Source: Oscillospiraceae bacterium (GTDB lineage Bacteria; Bacillota; Clostridia; Oscillospirales; CAG-272). From it: a stretch of DNA of 47,360 bases. This document shows positions 29,801-38,555 of this stretch, piece by piece (position 1 is the first letter of the stretch; each line of letters opens with the position of its first letter). The translations under genes were made by a program, and so were the position numbers. The stretch is from NCBI GenBank assembly GCA_015064005.1, contig SVTA01000003.1, positions 1 to 47,360 of the forward strand, given 5' to 3'. The notes beneath the pieces were generated by a model. The model searched no databases and was not told the origin of the DNA. It saw only the letters and a program-made list of their open reading frames with translations.

Positions 29801-30456
29801 TCCCCCGTTCAGTGTGGATCTTTGGTGGCGACGGCTGGGCGTACGACATCGGCTTTGGCGGTGTGGATCATGTGTTGGCCTCCGGCGCCAACGTCAATTT
29901 ACTGGTGTTTGATACCGAGCTATACTCCAATACAGGCGGGCAAAGCTCCAAGGCGGCGGGGCTCGGGCAGGTGGCACAATTCGCATTTGGCGGCAAAACG
30001 GTGGGGAAAAAGAGCCTTGCGGAGATGATGCTCACCTACGGATACGTGTACGTGGCGCAGGTGGCGATGGGCGCGGATCGCAATCAGCTGGTGCGGGCGT
30101 TGCGGGAGGCGGAGGCCTATCCCGGCCCCGCGCTGATCGTGGCTTATTCCCCCTGTGAAATGCACGGCATTCGCGGCGGCGGGATGCAGAACTGTCAGCT
30201 GGAAATGCAAAAGGCGGTGGCCACGGGCTATTTTCCGCTTTTCCGCTACCATCCTGCCGCAAAATCGCAAAAGCTCACTATTGATAGCCCCCCGCCAAGC
30301 GGCGATTTTGCCGCTTTTCTGGCAGGAGAAACGCGCTACGCCCGTTTGGCCGAGGCCGACCCGGAACGCGCCGAAGCGCTGTGGAAAAAAGCCGAGGAGG
30401 AGGCAAAGGCACGCTATGCGCGCTTGCTTGCGCTCCGAGAGGCCTACGGATCATAA
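26854..30456 (+). CDS. nifJ: Pyruvate:ferredoxin/flavodoxin oxidoreductase
   Basis: YPITPS, EMQSEAG, HFFDGFRTSH, two CxxCxxC ferredoxin motifs, NATGCSSIWG, GGDGWAYDIG. Confidence 0.96.
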   Translation: MPIKRIKKTVDGNTAAAHAAFAFTEVAAIYPITPSTPMAERTDVWAASGKNLLGDTAQNLMGSVPKVVEMQSEAGVGGAVHGALSAGALTTTYTASQGLLLMLPDMYKIAGEALPLVIHASARTVATHALSIFGDHSDVYACRQSGFAMISSCNPQEVMDLAPVAHLAALEGRVPFLHFFDGFRTSHQIEKIEVWSSEQLKPLLNEGALDAFRRSALHPTRPGSRGAAENGDIYFQHREVANLRYEALPHVVERYMEEINRLLGTSYGLFEYEGAPDAERVVVAMGSFCDVTSEVVRHLVAKGEKVGLVRVRLYRPFVKERFLAVIPQTVRKMAVLDRTKESGAPGEPLYLDVVTALRDSGREICVVGGRYGLASKNTPPADAFAVFEHLKAEAPRHDFTLGITDDVTFRSLSSLPAPDTLPRGTVSCKLWGIGGDGTVGASKSIVKIVGDHTERYVQAYFQYDSKKTGGITVSHLRFGNVPIHAPYDVDRANFVACLHPMFLEKDFPLIDEILPGGTLLVDTPLQPDEAWAGFSSKIRETVLKKEISCYVIDAAGLARREIGNVKVKNMILTGAFFALTDMMQPEEAEQYLAETIRESYGKYGNEVVAQNLRAVTLGKSGFLKISPKTVLENGENVKKEEKMPQCTYHDSAFATQIMDPVKLLRGDSVPVSAFREIEGGIYPPGTTALEKRGIAPFVSCWIPENCIQCNTCAFVCPHATVRAFALNDAELAKAPAALKKASRRVAKSDYTFAIGISPLDCMGCTLCVKSCPVNRRVTEEAEKNGKEPDRGRFAIDMKPQKTQIGQQMVFDFLVEEASEKPELFGFTVRESQFRQPLMEFSGACAGCAEAAYARLVTQLFGQRMYISNATGCSSIWGCSAPSTAYTYHRGSGCGPAWANSLFEDNAEHGLGFWLAGEAARQRQEARLRRLLPDANDALRACIQQYLQADGHATEEEARALVEALKNTKHPETGRILAEKEHLFPRSVWIFGGDGWAYDIGFGGVDHVLASGANVNLLVFDTELYSNTGGQSSKAAGLGQVAQFAFGGKTVGKKSLAEMMLTYGYVYVAQVAMGADRNQLVRALREAEAYPGPALIVAYSPCEMHGIRGGGMQNCQLEMQKAVATGYFPLFRYHPAAKSQKLTIDSPPPSGDFAAFLAGETRYARLAEADPERAEALWKKAEEEAKARYARLLALREAYGS

Positions 30457-30575
30457 AAAACAGGCTTACAGGGGTGGAAAAGAGGCAGGTGCTATCTTTG
30501 CTTGCCTGAGCGATGCCCCACTCTTGCAGCTCAAATTCTCGTTGCCTATAGCCGCCGGGCTTCAAGTTCAATATA

Positions 30576-30616
30576 CGCAAAGGGGCTGAGACACATCGTG
30601 TCTCAACCCCTTTGCG
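30576..30616. repeat. Palindromic element copy A (homologous to 32863-32898)
   Basis: CGCAAAGGGGCTGAGACAC-ATC-GTGTCTCAACCCCTTTGCG. Confidence 0.7.
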
Positions 30617-30669
30617 CTGGATTTATCCGTCATACGGAAAGCCAGCAGAAACTTTTTGGCTGATCAAAA

Positions 30670-30738
30670 TATTTGGCCAAATACTTGACAAAAAAATATA
30701 TTGCTGTATAATTACTAAAAAGCTTTGAAGCGCTTCGG
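30670..30738 (+). promoter_or_regulatory. sigmaA promoter with two palindromic operator candidates
   Basis: TTGACA(30685)-16bp-TATAAT(30707); TATTTGGCCAAATA at 30670-30683; GAAGCGCTTC at 30727-30736. Confidence 0.65.
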
Positions 30739-30776
30739 CGGATCAGGAGCTTTTTTAAAAGAAAGGTGAATGTGTG

Positions 30777-32813
30777 ATGCGTATTGAAAAAAATTATGAC
30801 TTTTGCAAGCGCCTCCTCGAGGTGCACAAGAAGGATCGCCGCGACAATACCCTTTTGCCGGCCAATGATGAATTTTGCTTTGCGTCTCCCACGGTCATAC
30901 TGGTGCCCGAGCACTGCGGCGAGGTGATCATGACCGCCGCCAAGGACTTTGCCGACTATCTTTTTACGTCCATGAACGTTGCCGCGTGCGTGGATCGCGA
31001 CAGAGGGCAAGAGATCTCCGGTGCTGTCCGCCTTGCGGTCAATACCGACCTCGGAGAGGCGTCGGAGAGAAGGGGTCACAGAGTGACGGTGGACAGCACC
31101 GTTTTGGTGGAGGGCTATGACGAATGCGGCGTCGCTCAGGGCCTTTACTATCTTGAGGATCTGATGAACCTCCGCCGCGCCCCGTTCCTGAAAAAGGAAA
31201 GCAAAACAAGACGCGTTATGTTCTATCCGAGAACGGTGATGTCGGGCTACGGCGTCGGGGAGTATCCGGACGATTACCTGGCTCTTCTTGCCCATCACGG
31301 CTTTTCTGGCATTATGCTCTGGATCAAGGGCATCAACGAAAATCAAAAGGGCTTTCAGAATTTTACCGATCTTGCCGTACGGGCGGCGAGATACGGATTT
31401 GATATCTACGTGATGAGCTACACCGCCCACGAGGTATATCCGGAGGGCGAGGAGGCCCAGGAATTCTATGACAGGCTTTACGGCGATCTCTTTGCCGCCT
31501 GCCCTTTTATCAAAGGATTGATCATCGTGGGCGAGGCGGTGAAATTCCCCAGCCGCGATAAAAGCTTGCCCGAAGGGACGCCTCCCGGCTGGTGGCCCTG
31601 CTCTGACTGGCCTCTGCTCCTTAAAATGATACAGAATGCGGTAAACAAGATAAAGCCCGACGTGGAGGTCATTCTCTGCTCCTACAACTGGGGCAAACAG
31701 CCCAAGGAGCTTCGCCAGAAGCTCATCAGATCGCTACCCGAGGGCGTGCTTCTCAGCTGTGGCTGGGAGATGTTTGAATCATACGACCTTTACGGCACCG
31801 TCACCCGGTGCTGTGACTACTCGCTCCGCGTAGTCGAGCCGGGCTATTACTTTCTTACCGAGGCCGAGGTGGCCACCGAGTGTGGCATTAAGCTGCAGAC
31901 CATAGCCAATTCGGGCGGAAAAACCTGGGATTTTGGCGCGATCCCCTTCGATCCCGCCCCCTACAGATGGGCAGAGCGCTTTGAGGCGCTTCGCCGGGCG
32001 CACGACGAGAATAATCTCACCTCCTTGATGGATTCCATTCATTTCGGCGTTCATCCATCCTTTATCTCTGAGATTGCCAAATGGGCATTTGCCGAGCCCA
32101 GAGTCGATCTGAACGAGCTGATCCCAAGGATTCTCGCTATGCACTTTGGAGACGCGGAGATCGACAAGATCGATGCCGCCATGAAGAAGTGGAGCGAGGC
32201 GCTGGCCAATATGGTTCCCGCAGACGAGGATCAGTACGGCGCTCTGCGCGTGGGGCCGTCTCATCCCCTCTATGCCGGACGGGAGAGATGCCAGGGTATC
32301 AGTCCTCCTCAGGATAAATTTGCCATGTCCAAGCTGCGCCGGGGAATGTATGAGAACGTGTACGCCTTCCGCGAAAGGGGCGTGCCGAGAGACGAATTGA
32401 TGCCAAAGGAGATTCGGGCGTTTGAGTACGTAAAACAACTCCTTTGGGAGGGCATTTGCCTCCTGGAAGGCGTGGAGGACAAGAACGAAGAGCTGCTGAG
32501 GCTGATCAATATGGGACACTTTATGCACCGCACCATCATCACGGCTCTCCACACAAAGCGTTTTTATCTGCTTGACCAAGCGAGAATGGCCTGCGAGGAT
32601 GATGCCGAAAGAAACGGTATCATCCAATCGATGATAGACGTATTGGCCGATGAGCGCGAAAACGCCGAGGCCACCATCCCTCTTGTTGAATACGATTCCG
32701 CCCTCGGCTTTGAGCCTTCCATAGAATACGTTACCGACCGTCCCCGCCTGGAATGGAAGATGAAGCAGGTGGAGGATGAGGCCGAGATGCTCCGCGGATG
32801 GATGCGTCTATAA
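30777..32813 (+). CDS. Uncharacterised glycoside-hydrolase-like protein (GH20b/GH67-type N-domain plus probable TIM barrel)
   Basis: AAKDFADYL...VEGYDECGVAQGLYYLED resembles a GH20-domain-2-like fold; SD GAAAGGTG; family not assignable by eye. Confidence 0.6.
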   Translation: MRIEKNYDFCKRLLEVHKKDRRDNTLLPANDEFCFASPTVILVPEHCGEVIMTAAKDFADYLFTSMNVAACVDRDRGQEISGAVRLAVNTDLGEASERRGHRVTVDSTVLVEGYDECGVAQGLYYLEDLMNLRRAPFLKKESKTRRVMFYPRTVMSGYGVGEYPDDYLALLAHHGFSGIMLWIKGINENQKGFQNFTDLAVRAARYGFDIYVMSYTAHEVYPEGEEAQEFYDRLYGDLFAACPFIKGLIIVGEAVKFPSRDKSLPEGTPPGWWPCSDWPLLLKMIQNAVNKIKPDVEVILCSYNWGKQPKELRQKLIRSLPEGVLLSCGWEMFESYDLYGTVTRCCDYSLRVVEPGYYFLTEAEVATECGIKLQTIANSGGKTWDFGAIPFDPAPYRWAERFEALRRAHDENNLTSLMDSIHFGVHPSFISEIAKWAFAEPRVDLNELIPRILAMHFGDAEIDKIDAAMKKWSEALANMVPADEDQYGALRVGPSHPLYAGRERCQGISPPQDKFAMSKLRRGMYENVYAFRERGVPRDELMPKEIRAFEYVKQLLWEGICLLEGVEDKNEELLRLINMGHFMHRTIITALHTKRFYLLDQARMACEDDAERNGIIQSMIDVLADERENAEATIPLVEYDSALGFEPSIEYVTDRPRLEWKMKQVEDEAEMLRGWMRL

Positions 32814-32862
32814 ATCTCGCAGGTGCATCTCAACGGGTGTATTTTTAAGCCTACATAACGCC

Positions 32863-32898
32863 AAAAGGGGCCGAAACACATGTGTTTCGGCCCCTTTT
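32863..32898. terminator. Bidirectional terminator / palindromic element copy B
   Basis: Perfect 36-bp palindrome AAAAGGGGCCGAAACACATGTGTTTCGGCCCCTTTT between convergent genes. Confidence 0.85.
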
Positions 32899-32899
32899 T

Positions 32900-34591
32900 T
32901 TATTTTACCAGATGGCGCTTGATCTTACGGGAGGTGGTCTTTTCAAACTCGCGGTCCCGCAGCTCCAGGACCTTCACCTTCTTGAAGGAGGGGAGCTTTT
33001 TGTTGATCTCGGCGATCTTGCTGTAGATCGTATCATAGATCACACTCTGATCGGTTCCCTCGGGGAAAAGATCCTGATTGGGGTAAACAATGGCCGTCAG
33101 ATTAACGGTTTCGCCGTCCTCGCCCTTGCGGCCAACCACGACGACCTCGGCGATCTCCTCGATGTTTTCGAGGTATTCCTCGATCTCCTCGGGGAATACG
33201 TTTTTGCCGTTTTCAAGAACGATCACGGACTTCAATCGGCCGGTGATGTGGATATAGCCGTCGGCGTCAATAAAGCCCACGTCGCCGGTTCGGTACCAGC
33301 CGTCCTCGGTGAAGGCCTTGGCATTCTCCTCCGGGTTGTTGTAGTAGCCAAGCATCACATTGTCACCCTTCACCTGGATCTCGCCCTCCTCAAAGCCCTC
33401 TGCGGTCTGATTGCCGGAGGGGGCGATCCGTGCTTCGCAGCAGCAAACGGCGGGGCCGACAGAGCCGGGACGGGGCGCAAAATAAGGGGTAACGGAGATC
33501 AGCGGCGAGCATTCGGTGATGCCGTAGCCCTCGCAGATCTGAACGCCAAATGCCTCGAAATTCTTGACCATTTCGGGGTTCAGGGGCGCACCGCCGCAGA
33601 TGATCTTTTCAAGACGCCCGCCAAAGGCAGCGAGAATATCCTTGAACAGCACACGGCGCAGATCAATGCCCACGCGACGCAGACCCTCGGAAACCTTGAT
33701 GGTGCGGCGCAGCAGCTTTTCCTTGCCCTTTTTGCGCACCTCGTCCCAAATCTTTTTGTGCATGGTGTTGACGAAAAGAGGAACCAACACAAGGCCGGTG
33801 GGCTTGTAATTGGCGAAATTACGCATCAGATGGCGGAGCGAATCATTGATGCAGATGGTGAGACTGTAGGTCAGGCTTGCCAGCATAATGGCAAGCTCAT
33901 AGGTGTGGTGCAGGGGCAACACGGAAACCGTGACGTCGTTGGGGAAGAAGTTTACCGTGGCACAGGCGGCGTTGACGCAGGAGCAGATATTTTTCTCACA
34001 AAGCATCACACACTTGCTGGTGCCGGTGGTGCCGGAGGTAAACAGCATCACGGCGAGGCTCTCAGGGTCGCGCTCCGGGAAGGCGTAATCCGCAAGCGCA
34101 GCGCTTCCCTTCTCCATCAGCGCGGCAAGCGGCAGCAGCTTTTCACCCTCCTCGCCGGCTGCAGGATCCATGGGAATGAAGGTGCGCAGCGTGGGATGAC
34201 GGTCAATGACTGGCTTCATTTTGTCGTTAAACGACGAAGAGTAAACGATGGCCTCAGCCTCTACACCGGCAAGAAAGCCTTCGATCTCGCTGATGGCCAG
34301 CTCCTTATCCATGGGCACGATAACGCCGCCGCCGGCGGTGACGGCAAGATAGGTGGCAACCCACTGATAGGAGGTGTCGCCGATCACGGCAATTCTCTTC
34401 CCTGCAAGGCCCACGGCCTCAAGACCTGCGGCAATTTTACAGGCAATGTTGGCAAATTCCGCGTAGGAAATGGAAGCATACTCCTTGCCGCAGGGATAGC
34501 GGAAGGCGGTTTTTTCTCCAAATCTGGTGCACTGCTCCAGCAGATTGCGGAAGGAAGTGATCGGGGTAAATATACGTTCGGTTTTTTTCAT
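32900..34591 (-). CDS. Long-chain acyl-CoA synthetase (AMP-binding)
   Basis: FTSGTTGTSK, LPLHHTYE, GYGITE, WYRTGD, NGKNVFPEEIE. Confidence 0.92.
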   Translation of the reverse strand: MKKTERIFTPITSFRNLLEQCTRFGEKTAFRYPCGKEYASISYAEFANIACKIAAGLEAVGLAGKRIAVIGDTSYQWVATYLAVTAGGGVIVPMDKELAISEIEGFLAGVEAEAIVYSSSFNDKMKPVIDRHPTLRTFIPMDPAAGEEGEKLLPLAALMEKGSAALADYAFPERDPESLAVMLFTSGTTGTSKCVMLCEKNICSCVNAACATVNFFPNDVTVSVLPLHHTYELAIMLASLTYSLTICINDSLRHLMRNFANYKPTGLVLVPLFVNTMHKKIWDEVRKKGKEKLLRRTIKVSEGLRRVGIDLRRVLFKDILAAFGGRLEKIICGGAPLNPEMVKNFEAFGVQICEGYGITECSPLISVTPYFAPRPGSVGPAVCCCEARIAPSGNQTAEGFEEGEIQVKGDNVMLGYYNNPEENAKAFTEDGWYRTGDVGFIDADGYIHITGRLKSVIVLENGKNVFPEEIEEYLENIEEIAEVVVVGRKGEDGETVNLTAIVYPNQDLFPEGTDQSVIYDTIYSKIAEINKKLPSFKKVKVLELRDREFEKTTSRKIKRHLVK

Positions 34592-34658
34592 GATCTCACC
34601 TCAAAAATAGCGCCAAGCACCATCGGGCGGCTGGCGATAGTGAAAGCTTACACCGTGT

Positions 34659-34687
34659 ATTATACCACTTTTTGCGGTTTGTGTCAA
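34659..34687 (-). promoter_or_regulatory. Consensus sigmaA promoter of acyl-CoA synthetase
   Basis: TTGACA-17bp-TATAAT with extended TG. Confidence 0.8.
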
Positions 34688-34770
34688 GGCGAACGGTGTC
34701 TACAGATGTCGTGAGTTTGTAATATGGTAAAAATTGGTAATTTTTAAAATAAAAATCGTGCTGCACAAGC

Positions 34771-34819
34771 AAAAAAGCCCTGCGCTCCCCGAAAAGTCGG
34801 GAAGATCGCAAGGCTTTTT
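34771..34819 (-). terminator. Terminator of parAB-serS-orf transcript
   Basis: Imperfect hairpin AAAAAAGCCCTGCG...CGCAAGGCTTTTT. Confidence 0.6.
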
Positions 34820-34820
34820 A

Positions 34821-35354
34821 TTAAAGAATGGCATCTACAAAGGAAAGCAGCATGGGGATCACCTTGATCAACACAATTGCGATCGCAAAGGTCAATACCA
34901 CGGTCAAAATAAATTGTACCGGGCCGCTGCCCTTTGTTTCGTAACGCATTTCCGCACGATATTTCAAATCCTCCGGAATATAAAAGCGAGCGGCGTCAGA
35001 GGGACGATTGTTTTTCTCGTTTTCAGACTGTTCCTCGCAAAATTGCAGGTTTTTCAGCAGCAAGGTGCCGCAGCGAAGCTCAAATCGCACGAAGAAATTT
35101 TTTTCAAAGCCCAATTCGGCCAACGTTTTTGCCGTTTCCGGAGAATTTGCCTCTGCGCGCAGTATAGCGCGAATGAATTTTCCGGGCACGTAGCGCTGAT
35201 ACATGGTACAAAGCGCGGCAAACAGGATGCCAGCGCACATAGCAAGGATCACGTTACGCACAAAAACGGCGGTTTGTGCATCAAAACGAAAATGCTCGTA
35301 GTTCCCTGCCTCGATGGTAAATATCGAGGCCAGGGAAAGTGGCAGGCGGATCAA
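34821..35354 (-). CDS. Hypothetical membrane protein, translationally coupled to serS
   Basis: 177 aa, two hydrophobic helices; TTG start overlaps the serS stop. Confidence 0.7.
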   Translation of the reverse strand: MIRLPLSLASIFTIEAGNYEHFRFDAQTAVFVRNVILAMCAGILFAALCTMYQRYVPGKFIRAILRAEANSPETAKTLAELGFEKNFFVRFELRCGTLLLKNLQFCEEQSENEKNNRPSDAARFYIPEDLKYRAEMRYETKGSGPVQFILTVVLTFAIAIVLIKVIPMLLSFVDAIL

Positions 35355-36634
35355 TTTTCCTCGGGGAGGATCACATCGCAGCCCATATAGGTGCGAAGCG
35401 CCTCGGGAACAGTAACGGAGCCGTCCTCATTTTGGTAGTTTTCAAGAATGGCGGCTACGGTACGGCCGACGGCAACGCCGGAGCCGTTCAGGGTGTGAAC
35501 CAAGCGGGGCTTATCCTTGGGGGTTTCGCGGAAGCGGATGTTGGCGCGGCGTGCCTGATAGTCCTCAAAGTCGGAGCAGGAGGAAATCTCCACGTAACGG
35601 CCGTAGGAGGGCATCCAAACCTCGATATCGTAGGTCATGGCACTGGAGAAGCCGAGATCACCGCTGGAAAGACGAACCACGCGGAAAGGCAGTCCAAGAC
35701 CCTGCAACACACGCTCAGCGTCGTTGGTCAGCTTTTCCAGCTCCGCGTAAGAGGTTTCGGGCGTGGTGAACTTCACCAGCTCTACTTTATTGAACTGATG
35801 CTGGCGGATCAGACCTCTGGTATCGCGTCCGGCAGAGCCGGCCTCCGCGCGGAAGCATGCGGAGTATGCACAGTAAGAAATCGGCAGCTTTGCGCCGTCG
35901 AGGATCTCGTCACGGTGCATGTTGGTAACGGGAACCTCTGCCGTGGGGATCAGGAAACAATCATTGTTGGCCACGCGGAAGGCATCTTCCTCAAATTTGG
36001 GCAGCTGGCCGGTGCCACGCATGGAGTCGCGGTTGACCATGTAAGGGGGGAAAATCTCAGTATAGCCGTGATCGGTATGCGTGTCAAGGAAGTAATTGAT
36101 GACGGCGCGCTCCAAACGGGAGCCCTTGCCGCGGTAGAAGTGGAAACGGGCACCGGTTACCTTGGCAGCGGTATCGGGATCGAGAATTCCCAGCTCCTTG
36201 CCGATGTCCCAGTGAGGCTTGGGCTCGAAATCGAACTCGCGGGGCGTGTTCCAGCGGCGCAGCTCCTGGTTTTCGGTGTCGTCCTTGCCGATGGGCACCT
36301 GCTCGTTGGGGATATTGGGGATGGAAAGCAGAATGCTCGAGATCTCCGCATCAATGGCATTGATCTTTTCAGTATCTGCCTTAACCGTGTCGGAAAGCAC
36401 CTTCATCTCCGCAAAAATGGGAGCAACGTCCTTCCCTTCCTTCTTCAGCTGGGGGATGGACTTAGAGATCTTGTTTTGCTCTGCTTTCTTTGCCTCGGTA
36501 TCGGCAATCAGCGCGCGGCGCTCGGTGTCAAGCTCCATCAAACGGTCGATTTCTGCGCTGTAATCCTTTTGGCGGGTGGCAAGGCGGGCCTTAGCGGCCT
36601 CGGGATTTTCTTTGATGAATTTAATGTCTAACAT
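35351..36634 (-). CDS. serS: Seryl-tRNA synthetase
   Basis: [47 protein letters not shown]. Confidence 0.98.
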   Translation of the reverse strand: MLDIKFIKENPEAAKARLATRQKDYSAEIDRLMELDTERRALIADTEAKKAEQNKISKSIPQLKKEGKDVAPIFAEMKVLSDTVKADTEKINAIDAEISSILLSIPNIPNEQVPIGKDDTENQELRRWNTPREFDFEPKPHWDIGKELGILDPDTAAKVTGARFHFYRGKGSRLERAVINYFLDTHTDHGYTEIFPPYMVNRDSMRGTGQLPKFEEDAFRVANNDCFLIPTAEVPVTNMHRDEILDGAKLPISYCAYSACFRAEAGSAGRDTRGLIRQHQFNKVELVKFTTPETSYAELEKLTNDAERVLQGLGLPFRVVRLSSGDLGFSSAMTYDIEVWMPSYGRYVEISSCSDFEDYQARRANIRFRETPKDKPRLVHTLNGSGVAVGRTVAAILENYQNEDGSVTVPEALRTYMGCDVILPEEN

Positions 36635-36650
36635 CTTGGGATTCCTTTCG

Positions 36651-37547
36651 TTACTGTTCTTCGCTAAAGAAGTTGTTGCCACAAAGAGCAATCAACAGGC
36701 TTTCCATATCGCTGTCGTCCTCATAAAACAGCTCAATGGATTTCTTTTTGTCATTTTTTGTGATTTTAACCTTGCGACCAAGTGCCTCGCGGGTGCGGCG
36801 CTCCAGATCCTTCACCCAAATACGGCTTTGCACAGAGCCGGAAATGTCAGGCAGCTCGGGGGCAGGCTCGGTGTTTTCGCGGCGCACGATCGCCTCCACG
36901 TCGCGTACGGAGAGGTCCTTTGCAATGATGCGCTGTGCCAGAGGATAGATCAAATCCTCATTGTTAAGGCCAAGCAGCGCGCGGGCGTGGCCGGCGGTGA
37001 TCTCGCCCGTCTTCAGCAGTTCAAGTACGTCCTCCGGGAGATCCAGAAGGCGCAGAATATTGGTGATGGCGGGGCGGGATTTGCCCACCTGCTTTGCCAC
37101 CTCCTCTTGCGTCATGCCAAAGCGTTCCATCAGCATTTGATATCCGAATGCTTCTTCAACCACGTTCAGATCCTCACGCTGCACGTTTTCGATCAATGCG
37201 ATCTGGGCAGTCTTCATATCGTCGCCATCCAGCACGATAACGGGAATTTCGACAAGACCTGCCATTTTGGCGGCGCGCCAACGGCGCTCGCCGGCAATGA
37301 TCTCATAATTTCCTTCGAAATTCGGGTTGGGACGAACGAGGATGGGCTGCAGCACGCCGTAAGTGGCGATGGAATCTGCCAGCGCCTCCAGCGCCTCGCG
37401 TTCGAACTGCTTGCGGGGCTGATCGCTACGGGGCTCGATCTCGGATATGCGCAGGGTGGTTGCAGCGCCGCCATCCTTCATACCCATAATGTTGTCATCC
37501 AGAATGGAGTAAAAATCCTTGCCGAGGGCACTCTGTTTTTTTGCCAT
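36651..37547 (-). CDS. parB: Chromosome partition protein ParB/Spo0J
   Basis: [43 protein letters not shown]. Confidence 0.96.
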   Translation of the reverse strand: MAKKQSALGKDFYSILDDNIMGMKDGGAATTLRISEIEPRSDQPRKQFEREALEALADSIATYGVLQPILVRPNPNFEGNYEIIAGERRWRAAKMAGLVEIPVIVLDGDDMKTAQIALIENVQREDLNVVEEAFGYQMLMERFGMTQEEVAKQVGKSRPAITNILRLLDLPEDVLELLKTGEITAGHARALLGLNNEDLIYPLAQRIIAKDLSVRDVEAIVRRENTEPAPELPDISGSVQSRIWVKDLERRTREALGRKVKITKNDKKKSIELFYEDDSDMESLLIALCGNNFFSEEQ

Positions 37548-37573
37548 TTGCTTCATCTCCTTTTCTTTTGCGA

Positions 37574-38335
37574 TCAGGCGCGGGCTGTTAGCTCTCGCGC
37601 AAGATCCATATAATCCTTTGCGCCACGGGCGCGTTTGTCGTGATAATAGACCGGCATGCCAAAGCTGGGAGCCTCCGATATGCGCACGTTCCTGGCAATC
37701 ATCGTTTCGAAAAGCCGGTCGCCGTAGTGCTTTTTCAGCTCCTCGATTACCTGGACGGATAATGCAAGTCGCTTGTTGAGCATGGTGATCAGAATGCCGG
37801 TGATAGCGAGACGCGGATTGTAGCGCCGCTTGATTCGTGCAATGGTGGAGGTCAGCTGCGAAAGGCCTTCGAGCGCGTAAAATTCGCACTGCATGGGAAT
37901 AATCACGCCGTCGGCCGCCACCATGGCATTGACGGTGAGCATGCCGAGGGAAGGTGGGCAGTCGATGATCACATAATCATAACGGTCACGAACGGGCTCC
38001 AAGGCGTGGAGCAGATGCCGCTCGGCACCCTCGCCGTCCAGCAGATCGAACTCCGCACCGGCAAGCGAAACGTTCGCAGGGAGCAGGTCGAGGAACTCAA
38101 ATTCCGTGTGAACGATCGCCTCCTCGGCCCGACAGCTGCCGATAAGCAGGTCGCGTACGGTAAAGCGAAGCCCGCGCTTTGGAACGCCAACGCCGCTGGT
38201 TGCGCTTCCTTGAGGGTCAAGGTCAATCAGCAGTGTGCGGTGATGCAGCAGCCCCAGGCTGGCAGCAATATTAACGGCGGAGGTGGTTTTCCCCACGCCG
38301 CCCTTTTGGTTGGCAATTGCTATCACACGCCCCAC
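37574..38335 (-). CDS. parA: Chromosome partition ATPase ParA/Soj
   Basis: NQKGGVGKTT, DLDPQG, IDCPPSLG, QCEFYALEG, EAPSFG; GTG start after AAGGAGG. Confidence 0.97.
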   Translation of the reverse strand: MGRVIAIANQKGGVGKTTSAVNIAASLGLLHHRTLLIDLDPQGSATSGVGVPKRGLRFTVRDLLIGSCRAEEAIVHTEFEFLDLLPANVSLAGAEFDLLDGEGAERHLLHALEPVRDRYDYVIIDCPPSLGMLTVNAMVAADGVIIPMQCEFYALEGLSQLTSTIARIKRRYNPRLAITGILITMLNKRLALSVQVIEELKKHYGDRLFETMIARNVRISEAPSFGMPVYYHDKRARGAKDYMDLARELTARA

Positions 38336-38363
38336 GGCGGCACCTCCTTGCTTTGATGGCTCT

Positions 38364-38392
38364 ATTATATCACCAAACGAGTCATTTTGCAA
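38364..38392 (-). promoter_or_regulatory. parAB promoter
   Basis: TTGCAA-17bp-TATAAT with extended TG. Confidence 0.65.
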
Positions 38393-38433
38393 CACCTATT
38401 TGCAAGAATTTTTAAAAAAGAAGAGAAAGGCGA

Positions 38434-38555
38434 TGTTTCACGTGAAACGATCGGTACAGAATAGCAGATGTTTCACGTGAAACCAAACGCAAAACCAAAG
38501 AGGATGTTTCACGTGAAACGTCAAAAAAGAGAGCGCAAGCGTTTCACGTGAAACG
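38434..38555. repeat. Array of four parS centromere sites
   Basis: (T/C)GTTTCACGTGAAAC(G/C) at 38434, 38469, 38505 and 38540; matches the established parS consensus TGTTNCACGTGAAACA. Confidence 0.95.

Noticed and set aside
30278-30580. 100-aa minus-strand ORF MRILNLKPGG...
   Set aside because: Overlaps the nifJ 3' end antisense, starts inside a palindrome, and has no SD
32882-36631. Plus-strand ORFs of 610, 218 and 430 aa opposite the acyl-CoA synthetase and serS
   Set aside because: Antisense shadows of well-supported genes
36635-36700. T-box leader for serS
   Set aside because: Only 16 bp separate parB and serS; no room and no T-box motif
37548-37889. N-terminally extended ParB (412 aa in ORF track)
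   Set aside because: The extension overlaps parA; an SD supports a start near 37547
38434-38555. Possible mini CRISPR array (regular repeats with unique spacers)
   Set aside because: The repeat is 16 bp and matches the parS consensus, spacers are only 19-20 nt, no cas genes are present, and it is adjacent to parAB
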